A stretch of 35,980 nucleotides of DNA from Spongospora subterranea f. sp. subterranea (taxonomy: Eukaryota). Positions 1-12,560 of the stretch are shown in pieces (the stretch's first letter is position 1; each line of letters opens with the position of its first letter). The DNA is taken from contig JAUGWO010000025.1 of the NCBI GenBank assembly GCA_049724395.1, positions 62,001-97,980 on the forward strand, written 5' to 3'. The notes below the pieces were generated by a model, which worked only from the letters and a program-made list of their open reading frames with translations, was not told the origin of the DNA and made no database searches. The translations under genes were made by a program, and so were the position numbers.

Positions 1-2231
1 TGAAATTGGACAAAACGGTTGTCAAGTTCAGAAAACAATAAATACTAGCAAGATCTGTATGATCCAATGGCGTGATAAATCTTACACAGCTACTGATGTG
101 TATGTCCATAGTTTTTCCAGGTCGGCAATCCCATCATCAACCCCAGTTGTTTCCACATCAGAAGCTTTCGTCAAAACAGATGCACTCCTCTCCAAAACTG
201 GTTTCCTATATAACCAGAAATCATCACCTAAAGCATACGACAATAACTCGAATAGAACTTGAGCACAATCAACGTAAAATTTCCACGTCACGAAACTGAT
301 AGCCAGTTCGAGTACTTTTCTGGCGAAGATGACTGCAATAGTTGCCGAGCTCGGTTCCGATATGATAGATGCTTAGAATGGATCTCATTCTGTATAATAG
401 CCTTCTCCATAATCGTCAACGACCTCAACAGATTCGCATATTTTTCAACGGGCGGCTTTTGCTCTAGCACACAATATTGATCAGACAACGATTGTCGAAA
501 AGAACAGCTAATTAATTCCTCAATTAATTGACTGAATGAAAGTAAACGACGACGATGGAATCTATAATAATTCTACAATATTTGACCTACTTATTACTTG
601 CTGGCCAGACTCATGACTAGAGTCATATATGTCCCATTTTGAGCTTTGACATGACACCTGAATATATATATTCAATGGAGTTGAAAATAAAGAACTCAAG
701 CTTGATGGAGAACATGGAATACAAGGGTGTCTATTGAAAATAAAGAATTTACATTTGCTTTACTGGGCGGCAGTGCCTGTGCTTCCTTGTTTTTCTTGGG
801 CAGATTGAAGGTTCGCGCTGCCCGCTCGGACACAGTTGCCCGGTGTTCCAAGCGCTTCGCATATGATGCATTTGCAGCCTAAAACTCAACTATCAAACAA
901 GGATACTTGAATGTATAGATATATAATCTTTTGATCAGAACAAAGAAATCACTTCCTGGTGGATAATGCCCAAGTTTCGCGATATTACAAAGAACAGTCC
1001 AAGTAAACACCTCGGTTTGGGCAGCGAGTTCTGTGTGCTTAGACCACACACATAACGACGGCAGATCCAATAACGTGTAAGTTGTTGACTCGGATAGGCG
1101 TATCTCCAGTAATTTGTTGAGCTCCAATGCTGTATACTCGAATGGTGGCAAAACAACCGCAGCCTAATAACTCAAAGAGCATTCAGAAACAAAAAATCGG
1201 TTAGAAATAGAAGCGTGATACTAAATCGCTCGGTGAACGTAGCCTATTGTTGGAGTTTTTAATTCGTAATTAACTTTGGCCGAATAAATAACGAATTTGT
1301 GTGGCGAAATTAATGGAAGAAATGGAGCATCTTACGTTTTGCTGGACTGCGGTGGTGTTTGCAGAATGTGCCTCGTCCCGACGATTTTCAAAGTCGGAAC
1401 TGAGTTCAGCTTCGTCTACGTCGACATCACTATTGCCACCACTGTGGACGTCGTTGGCGGCCGCAGCAGAATCCGAATTATCAGATGTATCGACACTTAG
1501 TGACGATGAACCCCCTTCGATATAGTTTTTATTGGAACCTGAGCGGAATATCTTATGAGAGTCCCGATGATGACAAACAGATCAACATGCGCTGTAGCTG
1601 ATAATTCAGATTCAGACAGCGTAACAATACAGAAGGTGTTCCACAGATCTCGACAAACGATGAACATACCTTCTCTGGAGCTAATGTTGGTACCGCGGCT
1701 GGCGCTTGATGGAGCAGCAGATATCTGACTCCCGTTATCGGTTGCGGCCGACCCACGATGCTAAGTGCCAATGTGTCAAACATAAGCCCACCACATCGTT
1801 GGGGAGAAATATGGATCAAATGATGAAAAGTCTATCAATTTCAATTGATACAGCAGTCAAGTATAACAAATGGACAGAAGCTTAAGATTACCTTTTTCCC
1901 TGATGATTTGCTGGACCCAGATTTTTTTGACATTCCGGATTTGGAGTTTGTATCGAGCGGCAACGGGGTGCAATCGATTCCGTTGATCACGACACGAGAT
2001 GGATCTTTATTGCGAGACGACTTCCCAGATCGTAGAGTCGTTCCTAAGACATGCAAAAGTAAATCCAGATGGTTGATCCGGAAAACGGGATTGATCAACT
2101 TCTCGTGAGTGCAGCATACCCCTTCCTGTACGATGTGAGCCAAACACTACCGACCGTCTGGACTGCAAATTTGTAGCTTTACTACTGCTTGGTGCGACCA
2201 TTTTATCAGAGGCCTTGGCCGTTGTAGACAT
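1..2231 (-). CDS. WDR78: Axonemal dynein intermediate chain WDR78/DNAI4 (IC138-like), multi-exon; 5' part only, the 3' end (WD40 repeats) lies outside the window
   Basis: ATG at 2231. Exon peptides occur in the order known for the WDR78 N-terminus: VVINGIDCTPLPL (~2005-1965), LEIRLSESTTYTLLDLPSLCV (~1110-1045), SKWDIYDS (~640-620), NLLRSLTIMEKAIIQNEIHSKHLSYRN (~435-355) and DLEKLWTY (~125-100). Exact exon boundaries were not resolved. Confidence 0.8.
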
Positions 2232-2341
2232 GGCGTTCGATCGCTGTTGATCGTTGAAACCTGGATCAAAGACGGAACCACAACACTATCGGTTATGATA
2301 TGCTGTTCACAATAAAGAGGTCATGAGCTAATCACTTCTCG

Positions 2342-2387
2342 TTACAGGACACGCCAACTTACAGAGACACTCTATTTTACAGGACAC
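2342..2387. promoter_or_regulatory. Three near-identical TTACAG(A)GACAC motifs upstream of the WDR78-like start; possible cis-element
   Basis: ttacaggacac, ttacagagacac and ttacaggacac lie within ~46 bp, about 110-155 bp upstream of the ATG at 2231. The function is inferred. Confidence 0.25.
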
Positions 2388-2576
2388 TGTTTAAACCACG
2401 TGGCCTCGTCAAGGGATATCACTCCAGTATTGTTGCCAGCAGATGATAAAACAAGAACGTGATATGCTACAAACGAGCAACACTTCATGATAGAAAGATC
2501 TTATATTCGGTCCAGGAGAATTCTATACTGAGTGCCTTCATTTGGGGATTGAGATTATATGGAATATATATATTTG

Positions 2577-5500
2577 CTAGTTAAGGTGATGCTTCTTGCT
2601 TTTGTGATGGGCCTTAGCGGTCCGTATCATCTTGGCCTTCCGTTTGATGAACAGCTCTAATTGACTAGTTTTGAACAGATACGCGATTAACAGGCAACAC
2701 CCTGAAATGACCGCTGTTATCGAAACCACTGCGGATTGAATTGGTTTTTCCAACGGGGCATGAATCACGAACACAATGAACTCGGTGGTCAGCGTGCAAT
2801 AAGTTCCTGTGTAAGAAACAATCAAAGATTGGTCCGTACAAAACGTATTTGCTTAAGGACCGTTTCTGATGATGGCTTGAAAATGGTACAAACCTTCGCC
2901 CTCCCAAATAATACCGCTGGAAGGGTCCAATATATAAGGACCTTCGCCATCACCATTACTACTACAAACTGTAGACGCTGTGAAACACGAACAATTATCA
3001 GCAATTTGAATGGGCCTTATACTTCGATTACGGGCCACCTGTTATACAGAAGTCTGATCTCCCATTCATTTCAATAATCTCGTATGTTTGGGTGACGTTA
3101 TTAATCACTTTTCCCCACGAGGTAATGAACAGCGGAGGAGAAAACACGTCACTAAAATCCACGCTCGGCGCCTGTGGTGCCAAAATTGATAAATGGAACC
3201 CGCACGAAACATCTAACGATTATAATAGTTTTGCACTGGGCCAAAAATATTATCAATAAGACGACACAAATGTGAACAGATGTCGACACTTTAAAAACAG
3301 CTATTGAACATCGACAACAAGGGTAAACAGGATACCGTCTGAATGCAGTCGCTGTTTGAGATTGAAATTTGAGACGCATTTGCATTACAAGTGCATTGGC
3401 TAGTTCCCAATCCCGTACAAGATTTGAACAGTCCAGTACCACGACATATCGTCAGATATTCCTCCAAAGCAATGGATGGGACAACATTATAAACGTTAGG
3501 GCTGAGAGGAACTCCAACCCCTGGGGCATTGAAAGAGCACTATTTAAGTACTGGTATAACTGGTAAAATATCCATCATACCTAACGATGAGGGAGGCCGA
3601 TAGTTGACCGGAATGCTGACTGTCTTGGAAAACTGATTGGGATCGATAATGATGGATTTTCCTGGAGGACAGCCCAAGAGGATATAGGATGTAGCAGGAT
3701 ATGACGAAAACGAAGACGGAGGTATGACGCAACCGAACGATGTACGATCGGTGTCCAGGGTAAAAGAAGAAAATACAATTGGGGCATAGACCGTAATCGG
3801 CAACCGATATAGTTACCTGATTTCCCTGGACGTTGTTAGCGCCAGTAGTGAAATTAGACGAGAGCGATAATGATATATCGGTATTGATTAAACCTGACCA
3901 AATCATTTGATCAATCAACCTTGCAAACAACAGAGACGAAGAAACAATAAAAAGTTGTTACTCAATGCTTGGCGAATTTGACGAAAACAGGATAAATTTG
4001 CATACCGGTTACAGACAACCGCAATTTGGTATCGGATGGAGACAAAAATGACAGTACGTCATGTGAGTCGTTGTTGTCAATGAACAAGACTGATTCCGGA
4101 ATGATCGCCGAAGCTTCGTCGAACGGACAATCAATGATCGTATAAAGAAAATTTTTCTATGGAAACAATCAGACACCTTGCTAGTAGAGTATAAAGGAGT
4201 ATTTGATACTGGAGACGATTATCCGGTTAACAAATTTCGTGAAATTAGAATGGTTGTAAGGAATGACGATCGTTACCTCGGCGATATACGCTAATTTGGG
4301 CATTTGTCGAAGATCAGCACCGACACTGATAGTAACAAGATCCCATTGCCCTGCCATGTATGTTTTGGTCACGAACGTAATATTTTCTGATGTCAGTCCC
4401 AGCTGGCACTCAACACGAGTCGAATTCACATATCGATTAATGACTCCCCAGACGCTGCCTAAAGCAACGATTCTCCCAATGTCCCCTTTAGAAAACGAAA
4501 ACCTGACAAAAATGTTAGTAGACGGATAGAAATTTGTATCTGATGCCGTGTAAACGATTAGCTGAGAATTTGTATCCAATTGTGCGCCAGAATTGGTATG
4601 TGTCAGATTACGTTCCGGGAGTAAGCTCGCAAATGAACGACGTCGTAGCCGCAATGACATTCAAAAGCTGACGACCAACTCTGGCATGGTTGATATAGGG
4701 CGCAAAATTGAACAGCTGCCATTGCTTTTGTGCTGTGGTTGATGTTTTTGAAAAAGGTTGTATGATAACATCAGCGAGGATGTGAGTCAGATTAACGCGT
4801 GTCTGCACAGCTCTCAGATCATGATACAGTTAAAAAAAGTACAGTGCACTTGCTTTGAGGAGAAATACTCCCTGGTTAGCCCAGAGAGTGTTGCTAATAT
4901 GATTCTGAGTCCACCCCTCAACAGTGACATTGTTGAGCGAGGGGTATGGAATCTGCAGCTCGATCATAGCAGCGAACGAAGAACCAGCGTAAGGAGAAGT
5001 GATGGAAATGTCGAATTCACTGGGCACTGCACAGGATACGCTACGATTAAATATCAGTTGAATCAAAGACAACACCGATGTAGCAAGCATGGCTGAATTC
5101 TTTGCCCCTTACTCTTCAAGTTTGCGAATCTCCAGCGGACCTTGATCGATATCGGAGAGGTGCACCTGCATCGAAGTGTTTTTGGAGTCGACTGCCATGA
5201 AGGACATGGATCCAGACTCTGAAAACGGTACTAAGAGAGTCTCAGAAACAGAGTGTAACATATTGCAATGTGGATCGCCACCACAATGCCGAACACGATT
5301 GTCAAATATGCCCCAAACGCAAAAACAGCAACAATCGAACATTATTCGAAAGATAACAAAAAAAGAAAAGTGATATTGAGATGAGAGATTCTTACCAATA
5401 ATCGCGTCGACGGAAGGGAATTGCGTTATAGTGGGAAATCTTCGCAGCCAAAACGATTGCATGCATTGCCCATAATCTAGTTCGATGTGATAAAGTGTCG

Positions 5501-8225
5501 CGGGCGTTGATAGAATCGTTATCGTAATTTGGCTAAACTAAAGAGAGACAGTATATTGTGACAGTATCAAACAGAATCCACAAAAGGCCAACCTCGTCGA
5601 TGCTGATCGCGATATTTGACGATAGCCGTGGATCAATGGTCCAGCATTGCACGACAGAGTTTTCATTTGTCTTGCCGATATACACAATGCCATTAGTGAC
5701 ATCGTGGACGGTGTATATAGCTGAGCGGCGGCTGCCAACGATACGAATATTTGAGGATAAAGGTCCCGGAACAGCAACACGACGAAACAGTTGCCCATCA
5801 TCTCGCGATATCCAAAGTTGCGAACCTGAGAAAGACCATAAATTAGGCAAATTTAATACTGCTGATGAAACCGAAAACATAATTTTCAAAATGTAATGTA
5901 ACATATGCGGTACTGACCAATTAGTACGAACAAACCGTTGCCATAAGAGAATGGCGTGATTGATGGTAATACACTGGTATCACCCACCATCGGGAATGTA
6001 AAGCCTTCGATGGTGTAGTTTTCGAAATCGTTGTTGATTAACAACTGATATTTTGCGTTTGCAGACACTTTGACCAGCGTAACCGACACGTTCCGGTTAG
6101 GGATTGATATAGGCGATGTGACCAATCGATCTGATGACATCTCACGACAAGGGGTGACAGAGCAGTCGAATGACCTTAGGGAACGTGTGCGGTTGGCTGC
6201 AGTCAGAAAGATCACAGACCTGCAGATAAAATTTACTGCTTCAGTAAATAGATTGATAAAAGCGTGAAATTGTTTTGCTCTGAAGGTTCAGCAATGCTTT
6301 GTAGGACGACCTACCTTCGCTCAAAAACATCACCGAAATTGCATTGGTTTGTGGTATAGATCGTCGCTTCAGACATTGATACATTCAACAAAGAAGTTGT
6401 CTGTGATGTTGGAAATATCATCACCCTTTCGAGAGACCGATTCGTTGCAACAATCAAAGAATCCTCTAAAAACCGCACAGCCAGTATTGATCGAGACCCG
6501 GAAGACAAACTGAGAAATGGTGCTGTCAACTGAAGTTTGAGTTGAAGGCAATGTGTCATAAAACTTGACGGAAAGTACGAAACCCATAAAAAGCATTTTA
6601 GCAAATTCAACGCAACTCGACTCTCAAATGGGAAAAATATCCTCATCTATATAAGCAATGTGAGAATTCGTTAGAATAGATATGATTTACGTGATATACG
6701 AGAAGGTGAAAAACATATCGAGACTAAGAACCAGATGAGTTGAGTTGAACCATATACATGTCGTCAACGAGCACGGGTTGCAAATCATTGATTGGAATTG
6801 ATCTAAAGGGACGGCTGGGCTTATTGGAGTCTTTACCAGGTGCGGCAACCTATAGCAACATCGTCAAAAATATATCCAGTTCGGCATTTCAACCATCAAA
6901 GGCTGAGGGAAGTCAATCAGGCAAATGTGTTTTACCCTTCATAAGATTCTGGTCTCAAGCTGATTGTAAACCGCGTAGTTTTCACCAAGACATCGCAATC
7001 ATTCGATTTTTTGACGATCATCCCGAAGGTCTTGAAGTCGGATTTCCCCGATAAACTCGCCACCCATGCGAAAATGGAACTGTCGAATGTGACATCATGT
7101 AATGAAATAGACGAATCCGACAAGGTAATTATCGGGGTTTCTCCTATACACTGGAGATAAATACTTCTTTTATCAGTGGACAAAAAAGTGTCCAACGAAA
7201 TTTCTCAAGCAGCGGTGATTGAGTTTGACCACAATTCATCGACAACAAATTTTCAAACTTAACCTACCGTTATCGTTCAATCGTTGCGTTAGTATCTTCG
7301 AGCGTTCAAGGGTCGGTTCTAAAATATCCCAAGCACGAAAATACACGTGCCCAAGAAAACTGGTGGACAACGGATCATAGGTCACTGTCATAATACGAGC
7401 TGGTCCAGATTCCACTTGCTCGACTGTGCAGAATACAGCACGCTGACATATCAGGTTGGTTAGACATCAATTATCGGGGACGAACTCAAGCATCAGAACC
7501 GTCCGCAAAATATTTCCAAATTGTCAATGACATCTCTATATGAAAATATACCTGAAAATTTGGCTGCACATAGAAAGCCAAGATGGTAAATGGCGCCATT
7601 CTTCCCGATAGCGTTGTATCTCCAGACCCATCAGGTCGGTTAGTTGCTGAGACTCTAATTCGTTTTAGACCGGAACCGAAAACGGCAAATTTGAACAATC
7701 TGTTGGTACTGTTGGACACCTACATTACAATTTTAGGGTATATCTATGACGATTTGCTTTGCGAAAGGGGATTATGACTTTGCAATGATGTCATAACGAA
7801 CCCAATCACACAAACGCCAATCCTTCAAGAACCAAATGTTGACCCTGAATCTTACCGAGATGAATGTGTCGTCAATGGCAATAACATTGAAGTAGAGAAT
7901 ATCCCCGTGATCATCATAGGATAGTCGCAGATCAAGCGTGACCTATAAACACAGACATATATAAATGATGAAACGGAAGCTCAGCGTGTCTAATGAGATG
8001 TTCTCCCATGACTCCCAACATCCCACGCTCTCATCGTTACAACCCCATACAACTACTGTCACTGCCTCGTTACTCGTTCAGATAAGGTTCAGTGCTTACC
8101 GTGTCGCCTGTAACAATAGGGTTTGACATGGTAGCATAGACGGCTGCGTTAAGACTGGGTTCGCCAGCCGTCCATTCCACCATGATCAGGGCAAGGGTGA
8201 TGAATAACGCCATTGTCTCTATCAT
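2577..8225 (-). CDS. CATSPERB: CatSper channel auxiliary subunit beta-like protein (signal peptide, large ectodomain, single C-terminal TM), multi-exon
   Basis: The spliced C-terminal exons read GCPPGK...SIPVNYRPPSSLGVGVPLSPNVYNVVPS...TGLFKSC...QCTC...SNSDCIQT...YEIIEMNGRSDF...IIWEGEGLYHFQAIIRNGTYCTLTTEFIVFVIHAPL, followed by a TM helix (AVVSITAVISGCCLLIAYLF) and a basic tail. This is collinear with CATSPERB motifs as I recall them (PxNYRPPSxxGxxxPLxxNxY, CxC...SDC, FHFRV...FCxLxxEFxIxVxxAPL+TM). There is a mid-gene Asp-box, GSQLWISRDDGQLF (~5830-5785), and an N-terminal signal peptide, MIETMALFITLALIMVEWTAG, at 8225. That the whole span is one gene is inferred. Confidence 0.8.
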
Positions 8226-8821
8226 GGCGGAACTATGGGAACATTGCCATGTCTAGAACTATAGTAGCACAACCAATGTTTTGAGTTCACGTTGGGTGTG
8301 ACGGGATTCTTCCATTCATTTCTACGTACTTGTTGGCCCCCGGGGATCTACAATTGTTTACGCGTCTGCAGATGCCAGGATCGACAGTCCAGGTGACTCC
8401 CTGGGTCGTATGCATCATGATTCGAGTTTATGGATCAGGCGAGGGCACAAGTAAGCACACATACGTGTGATGTCGGTTCCCGACGTTAAACCTGCTGTGC
8501 CCAAGACTCAATTTTTCACCAAGCTGGACCTGTAGTATTCGGGACGCGCCCCAGTTGCCGATCCTTAGAGCACGACCCGTTCGATTCCAAAGAGAGCTAC
8601 GGTTGCATGAAGAAGTACGGTTAGAGCTTTCCATCAGCACTTCTTATGCCTTTGTCATGTGATTCTTTTGAGGTCCATCGTCTTTTAAACCTGATCACGT
8701 TCCGGCCTTGAAGCATTCTGTTTTATCTGCCTGCCGATTGTCGTTGAAAATAACGCAGATTATTCAGGGTTTTGTCACTTCGATATTTTGCATTTATCAA
8801 ACTTAATGACATGGGTTTTCA

Positions 8822-11304
8822 TCAAACCAAGTCAAAATCATCGAAATCGGGCTGTCGCTTTGACGGCTTAGAGTTCCTGGAACTGGACCTTATGGAGATA
8901 CCGCCAGCTGTGGGTTGGGCCCTCGGATTTCGGCTGCGAGACTGTATATTATTTGTACCAACTGATGCAGATTTAAGGTTGTCGCGTCTATTCGGCGCAA
9001 TGTTGCCTTGCGAGCGACCTTTGTGAACGCCATTATTCTTGTTTGCATCCGGTACATCCGTCCTTCGCTTTAGACCTGCAGACACTCTTCCCTTTCGGTG
9101 AGGGCCCATCGAACGTTGCTTTTGAATGGGGTTGTAATCATGTGAAGCGTCAGGTTGGGACAGATCAAATGGTGTAGGAAGATCCTGGTCAAATTCCGCT
9201 CGGTACCCTCCTAGCGGCCTCCTGGAAATCGGACGTTCCTCAACATATTCCTGATGATCGAACGTGTAGTGATGATGAGCAACATCACCAAATCCTAAGT
9301 CACCGCCATCAACTATTTTGCTCAGCTTCTTCCTATGTCTATCTAGGGCCGACTCAGAACTTTCCTCCTCCCGATCTGCTCGGAACTGTGGCTTCGGCGC
9401 CTTTGCCATATATCGATCTCGGCGCGTTACTGGAGCATCTTCAACCAGATTGTTCACTGTCGCACTCGTCACTTTATGTATCTGCTCGATCCATCGTATC
9501 TGACGACCAGCGTATCTAAACCGTTGGACTCAGATACCCAGTAATACAGCGATTTAACCTCTCCCGTTTACATTGGGTTGAACATTACTGGGCGAACTGT
9601 CACGAACGATTGTTTCGGCGCAAAGAGATTGATGGTAACCCCATCTTCCTACGATGCAGCGATGTTGTTCATTCATTGATGAAAATTGAGAGCAACGCAT
9701 ACCATGGCGGAGATGGCGAACCACCCTAGGTCCAGAACGACGAGGTCAGCCGAGTACATCCCTCTGGCATCTTGCCTTGGGTGGACCGTCTTAAGAAGTG
9801 TCGTGCCGTCGGGAGGAGAAAGATCATACGGGACCGGTTCAATATCCACCCCCAGATTGCTGTACCAGGCACCAGCATCATTTCCACTATATCCTGCCGG
9901 ATGGATCACCTCCATCATGACTGGATGCCCAACGACACGCCAACGACGAACCAATAACTGAATTAATGTCTCAATACGCGCAAAGCAATAAAAAAAAAGC
10001 TCACAGTTCGCCTATTGAAATCAAGACGAAGCGGCTTGAGCATGATTTGTTTCTGTAGAGCTGGAGCTGCCCATTCTGAGATGAAATTTAGAAAATTCTG
10101 GGTTAATTTTCGATCAGGCCGATAAACCTACGGTAGCGAATGGGGAACAATCCTGGGGTATCATACAGGGCGTGACGATGGCTTTCAAAACATGGGATAC
10201 GAACAGACATCAATGTGGTTCTAATCACAAAAATCAGATTTCTTGAATAAACAAAAATCGTATCTAACCCTGGCAAGCATGATGTTGTTGGTTGAATTCG
10301 CAACACTTTTCGCCGTCGTTTACGAGCCAGGAAATGTTTGAGGTCGATTAGCTCGAAGCATCGCTTGGCAAAATGCTTGCACGAGGGTGCTTTTGCCGAC
10401 GTTGGCGTTGCCGACCATATACACATTCTTTCCATGAAGGTTGGTATGAATGTAATCAACCAAAGGTGCAACACCACTGTTTTGTTTGCCAGAGATGAGA
10501 AACACTTCGTGGCAAGATAAACCCCTGTCAGAAAGCGCAATGATAAACCCGTTTTGATGATCAAAAATGAAAATGAAGCTACTTTTGTTTGGCGCGATCA
10601 GCGATATATTTCTTGAGAGTATTCTGTATTCGTTCATCGGTGACGTCTTCAGGTAATAAGTCGCATTTAGTGACAGCCAACACGAGAGGATTTTTGCCAA
10701 TGAAGCTGCGAATAGCCCGTATAAGAGTTCCCTCAACATCAGTGGCGTCAACAACCTAAATCAGAATGATCAAGGTGAAACCTCGTTGCGTTATACATCT
10801 TTTCATTACATGCACAACCCATGCAGGACTATTTTGACTTTTCGCTACTTCGCGACGGAACACCTCAATATCGAGCGGTTCGTTAGGAGACTCAGCATTG
10901 TTGGGTTTTTCTCCTTCGGGAAGTTTTTTTCAACAATCGACATCGATTGCAGAGCGCATATCGACGATTTTTTTTCTGTGCTTGACTTTTGGTCATCGGA
11001 ACAATGTCAGAGTGGGCAACTTCCCCTGATTCTATAATTCCACCACATCCATAGCATTGAGCTCCAGATGATTTCCCAGGAACAGTAAACCTTGGCCGTA
11101 ATTTCCTGAGAAAACGAAGCGAATTGTAATCGGCGAAAAATCATGTTTCGGTATCTGATACATTCCGGGTAATTTGATGGGCAGTTCAATAGGTCCCCAT
11201 GAACTGAACCGGGCCCTATTCAAACAGTGCAGCAATGAATTGGCCGCCAGATGGCGACATGGAGCAACGGCAGCGTTGCCTGGTAGACATAGCGCCCGTA
11301 TCAT
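8822..11304 (-). CDS. NOA1: YqeH/NOA1-family circularly permuted GTPase, multi-exon, probable mitochondrial presequence, with a low-complexity C-terminal extension
   Basis: Zn-finger CYGCG...CNRC (~11060-10935), G5-like FLISGK, G1 VGNANVGKSTL, G2 TTSCLPG|TT, G3 LYDTPG, and the C-terminal domain DLVVLDLGWFAI...LFAPK...VRP. Intron 9571-9516 joins in frame to the 8822..9472 ORF. Confidence 0.85.
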
Positions 11305-11360
11305 GATACCCAGTCGTGCGACGACGGGGAAGTCATTCAGTCGGAACCACAGCGGGGCAT

Positions 11361-11808
11361 ATGTACACGTTCAACAGTTCTGAAGTGGAAAGGGTTGCGG
11401 GATGGCGATGCGCTGATTGTGATGGATGGAAATGTTTATCGTGCTTGTCGACAGATGCGTTCGGAAGCGAAGCCCTGCAACAATCAGGCCAGTATCGGGA
11501 GACGTCGAGACTCCTCATGTACAATCCAAACCGGGTCCGAAGCCTACATCCCAGGTAAATCAGGGCTCGCTTCGGATTGGGGTCCGGTTTGGATTTGTCT
11601 ATTGCTTTTTTATGTTTGCTTCAAGAAACTTGAGGATGGCGGGAGTGAAGACGAGGTTCAAATCTTCAATGAGACCCTAATTAAGCGTGGATTATCATCT
11701 AGACTGCCGACCTTAAAGTATGTGCCGTTTGTAGATGCTGCTGAACCATCATATTGTAATCCTGGAGATGCTGCACTACCAGGCCTAGGTTCTTGTCAGA
11801 CTATGTAA
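11361..11808 (+). CDS. Small hypothetical spliced protein ending in a CaaX-like motif (CQTM*)
   Basis: Plausible splice sites (acag| ~11454, CAG|gtaaat ~11554, ttcaag| ~11625). The last exon reads KLEDGGSEDE...PGLGSCQTM-stop. The first exon and start codon are not resolved. Confidence 0.3.
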
Positions 11809-11988
11809 TCTTGACGAGTGGATTTCGACGTAAGGTTGATGAAACTGAACTGGCTTTGCTGGCCGGCTGGCGTCTGTAGTTGGCTGAGAATAAGAATCCG
11901 AACGTGCGCGCACTCAGCAGGTCGTCGAACATCTCGGTTGAACAAGCCCAGATACTTTAAAACCAAGCTTGAACCGCAACTTCGCCAT

Positions 11989-12453
11989 TCAGTGAATTTC
12001 ATGATAGTGAGGTCCAGGAAGTCGACTTGTTTTTTAGAAATGTTCCAGGTGAGTTTAATTCCTAGAATGAACTCATCGCGCCATCCGCATCAAAGGCTTC
12101 TTTAATCAATTAGATCTCAACGCTCTTCATGGCCCAGACCGCCGAGGTCATCGAGGAAATGTTGGCGCATTGGACGGTTGCGTTAATGCCCATGGCGATC
12201 CCCTTTACTTGCAGGTAGATATCTGTACCATACTGGAAATAGTTATGGTTACAAACAAATTCGCACATCTTTCTGTGGGTTGTAGAAGCTTTCGCTCGAT
12301 GATGTCGTAAAGTAATCCTAAATTCATGTTGGTATACAAGGATGAGACATCGCAGGTGACAATGATCGAGTTCATTCCAGGAATCAAACTCACCTGGAAC
12401 ATTTCTAAAGAACAAGTCGACATCCTGGACCTCACTATTCTGGAATCCACTGA
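11989..12453. repeat. Inverted repeat, arms ~86 bp (11989-12074 / 12368-12453), diverged
   Basis: The reverse complement of ...gatagtgaggtccaggaagtcgacttgttttttagaaatgttccaggtgagtttaattcctagaatgaactc matches gagttcattccaggaatcaaactcacctggaacatttctaaagaacaagtcgacatcctggacctcactat with several substitutions. Confidence 0.9.
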
Positions 12454-12560
12454 AGGCATCATTTCGTTCAAATCCTACGCTAAACCAATTAGCACATTCC
12501 AGTATCTGAAAAACGAGAAACGCCACCCCCCAAGAGGCAAGGTTGTGGCGACAAGGCAAA
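11989..12560 (-). mobile_element. Degenerate Penelope-like retroelement reverse-transcriptase fragments with an internal inversion
   Basis: Minus strand: IIVTCDVSSLYTN, then a frameshift, then FVCNHNYFQYGTDIYLQVKGIAMG...CANI, and later GIKLTWNISKKQVDFLDLTI. Plus strand from 12368: PGIKLTWNISKEQVDILDLTI...FKSYAKPISTFQYL. These are PLE RT motifs; no YxDD segment is visible. Confidence 0.8.

Noticed and set aside
8822..9472. Stand-alone 216-aa gene
   Set aside because: It starts at GTG with an upstream in-frame stop and a good acceptor at 9516, so it is better explained as the last exon of the NOA1-like gene.
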